Assembly: GCA_009103225.1 (NCBI GenBank)
Contig: RHPI01003599.1
Coordinates: forward strand, 295,859 to 359,858
Reading direction: 5' to 3'
Length of the DNA stretch: 64,000 bases
Source: Chlorokybus atmophyticus
Taxonomy: Eukaryota; Plantae; Mesostigma and Chlorokybus algae
The notes below the pieces were generated by a model. That model searched no databases, had not been told where the DNA came from, and worked only from the letters and a program-made list of their open reading frames with translations. Of this stretch, positions 62,625 through 64,000 are shown piece after piece (the stretch's first letter is position 1; each line of letters starts with the position of its first letter). The position numbers and the translations under genes are program-made.

Positions 62625-63980
62625 ATGCCTTCACCCCGCAACAAAAGTGGCGGTCGGTTGCCATTCAGGGCAGTGCAGCGCAGGCTTTGGCACCTACCAT
62701 CTGCACCCGCCCCATCTCGAGAACATTGGAGTGTAGTGGTGAGAACATATGCATCGTCGCCGCAACGCAGGTATGTGAGCTACCGTTTGTTATCTTCATG
62801 TTGGTAGCAGCGAGTGCATCTTCAACAAAAGGCGTGCGGCTGCAGGGGTGCACAAGTGGTGTTATGGGTCAAGCGGCAGTGGCCCCCGCGTCCCGTTCAG
62901 CCCGCTGTTAAGATTGCTGTCTTTGACTATGAGACGGTCACCGATGTCTGCGCCACTGCTAAGAAAGGGCATGCTTTGGACAAGTACGATGAAATATTGC
63001 TCGAGGTATGTACCAGTTTTCCTTGCATGCGATGGTCAAAATTTCAGCATTCGTGCTGCCAGGCCTATGACGATCAGGAGAAACTGTTGCTGCACACAAC
63101 AGTGGTTCAAGAGCTCCTGGAGCGAGGTTAGCAGGGCATGCGCATGTGAGACATGCACACCTTGTGCGTCAGCTTCAGCTTCAGATGTTGGTTTGCATGC
63201 AGGTTTGGGCAGAGAGGATCGTCCACTGCTGATCAAGGGCCCGGAGACTCCCATGAAAGCAGTGCGAATCTGGGACGAACGGTGGGGACTGCGTCTGGTC
63301 TTGATGTTTTCGCAGGACGACTTGGATAGATATCTTGACGTGCAAGGGTGGGTTGGGTTGATAGACTTGGATACAGTCGACCCGCCCACCGTGGAGACTG
63401 ATTTCGACATGTTGGAGCCTACCAAAACCTACAGCGGCGCGAATTTTGGCTCTGAACCGCTGCTTGGTGCGCAGCGAGTGCAGCAGCACGTGTATTACAC
63501 ACGAGGGAAGCGACGCGCACCCGCAACAGCTGTGCATGCGGGAATTGCACGTCTGGCGCGCGTCACACAAGCCACCATTGTTGGAGACAAGGTTGCCTAC
63601 CGTGCTATCCTTCGCAGAGGCGGTTTACGGTTGGCAGAATACGACGGACTTGCCTTACTTGAGAGATTTGTACACCCTCGTTTCAGTCATGTCTCTGCCG
63701 CTCTCGTCGCCTACGAGGAGAACCGTGACTATGGCGGAGGACAAGATCTAGTTGAGTTCTACACGAACATCGCTGTACGCAATGAGCAACTCCGGCTGCC
63801 TCCCGAAGTTCAGTTTACAACAGTAAGTCTCTTGATTGTCAACTCTGAGTGTGTCTGCATGGTTCTCAGTATACTAAAGCTTTTGGGCTATGACAACTTA
63901 TTTGTTACAGGAGGACAAGGATGCGCACTATGATGCGGAACATGTTGTACGTAGTGCGATCGAGCGTGGTGCACATGTTG
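62625..63980 (+). CDS. uncharacterised Crinkler-like protein, copy B (last exon beyond window), predicted ~390 aa with mitochondrial-type presequence
   Basis: Exons 62625-62770, 62846-63005, 63063-63126, 63203-63822 and 63911-63980 all join in frame with GT-AG borders conserved in copy A. Domain names are inference. Confidence 0.75.
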
Positions 63981-64000
63981 GTGAGTTGTGATGTGCCTTG

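Larger units (their letters stand above)
57441..64000. repeat. second tandem/segmental duplication (57441-59362 vs 62065-64000, continues off window)
   Basis: Collinear homology with offset ~4.63-4.65 kb, including shared intron positions. Confidence 0.92.

Noticed and set aside
1-64000. tRNA, rRNA, CRISPR arrays, LTR retroelements
   Set aside because: No cloverleaf with A/B boxes, rRNA-like block, repeat-spacer array, or RT/integrase motif was recognised by eye. Small ncRNAs cannot be excluded without covariance-model searches.

Overview
Gene-dense eukaryotic nuclear DNA from a photosynthetic green-lineage organism. Lhca1, a plant-type SMO1 and a PGSIP7/8-type GT8 point to an early-diverging streptophyte alga (inference). 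Genes have short spliceosomal introns, many filled with CA/TG/GC microsatellites, and there are three N gaps. Left to right: GT8 (PGSIP7/8-like) pseudogene (-), SMO1 (+), GEMIN2 (-), F-box gene (+), a large FANCI-like solenoid (-), NAPE-PLD (+), Lhca1 (+), degenerate remnants, an intact 7-exon PhzF-family gene with a rewired active site (-), a secreted SMP-30/gluconolactonase-like beta-propeller (-), a complete but inactivated 4.4-kb PIF/Harbinger transposon (22-bp TIRs, TTA TSD), an AT-rich gene-free block, and PEX12 (-). Next is a ~4.9-kb tandem duplication carrying intact POLR3C plus a pseudogene copy that differs by one precise intron. Last is a second ~4.65-kb tandem duplication encoding an unnamed ~390-aa protein family. 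That family has a mitochondrial-type presequence, a Crinkler-like ubiquitin-fold header and a fast-diverging, possibly restriction-endonuclease-fold C-terminus. All gene models were built by hand from splice signals and recalled family motifs; no database search was run.
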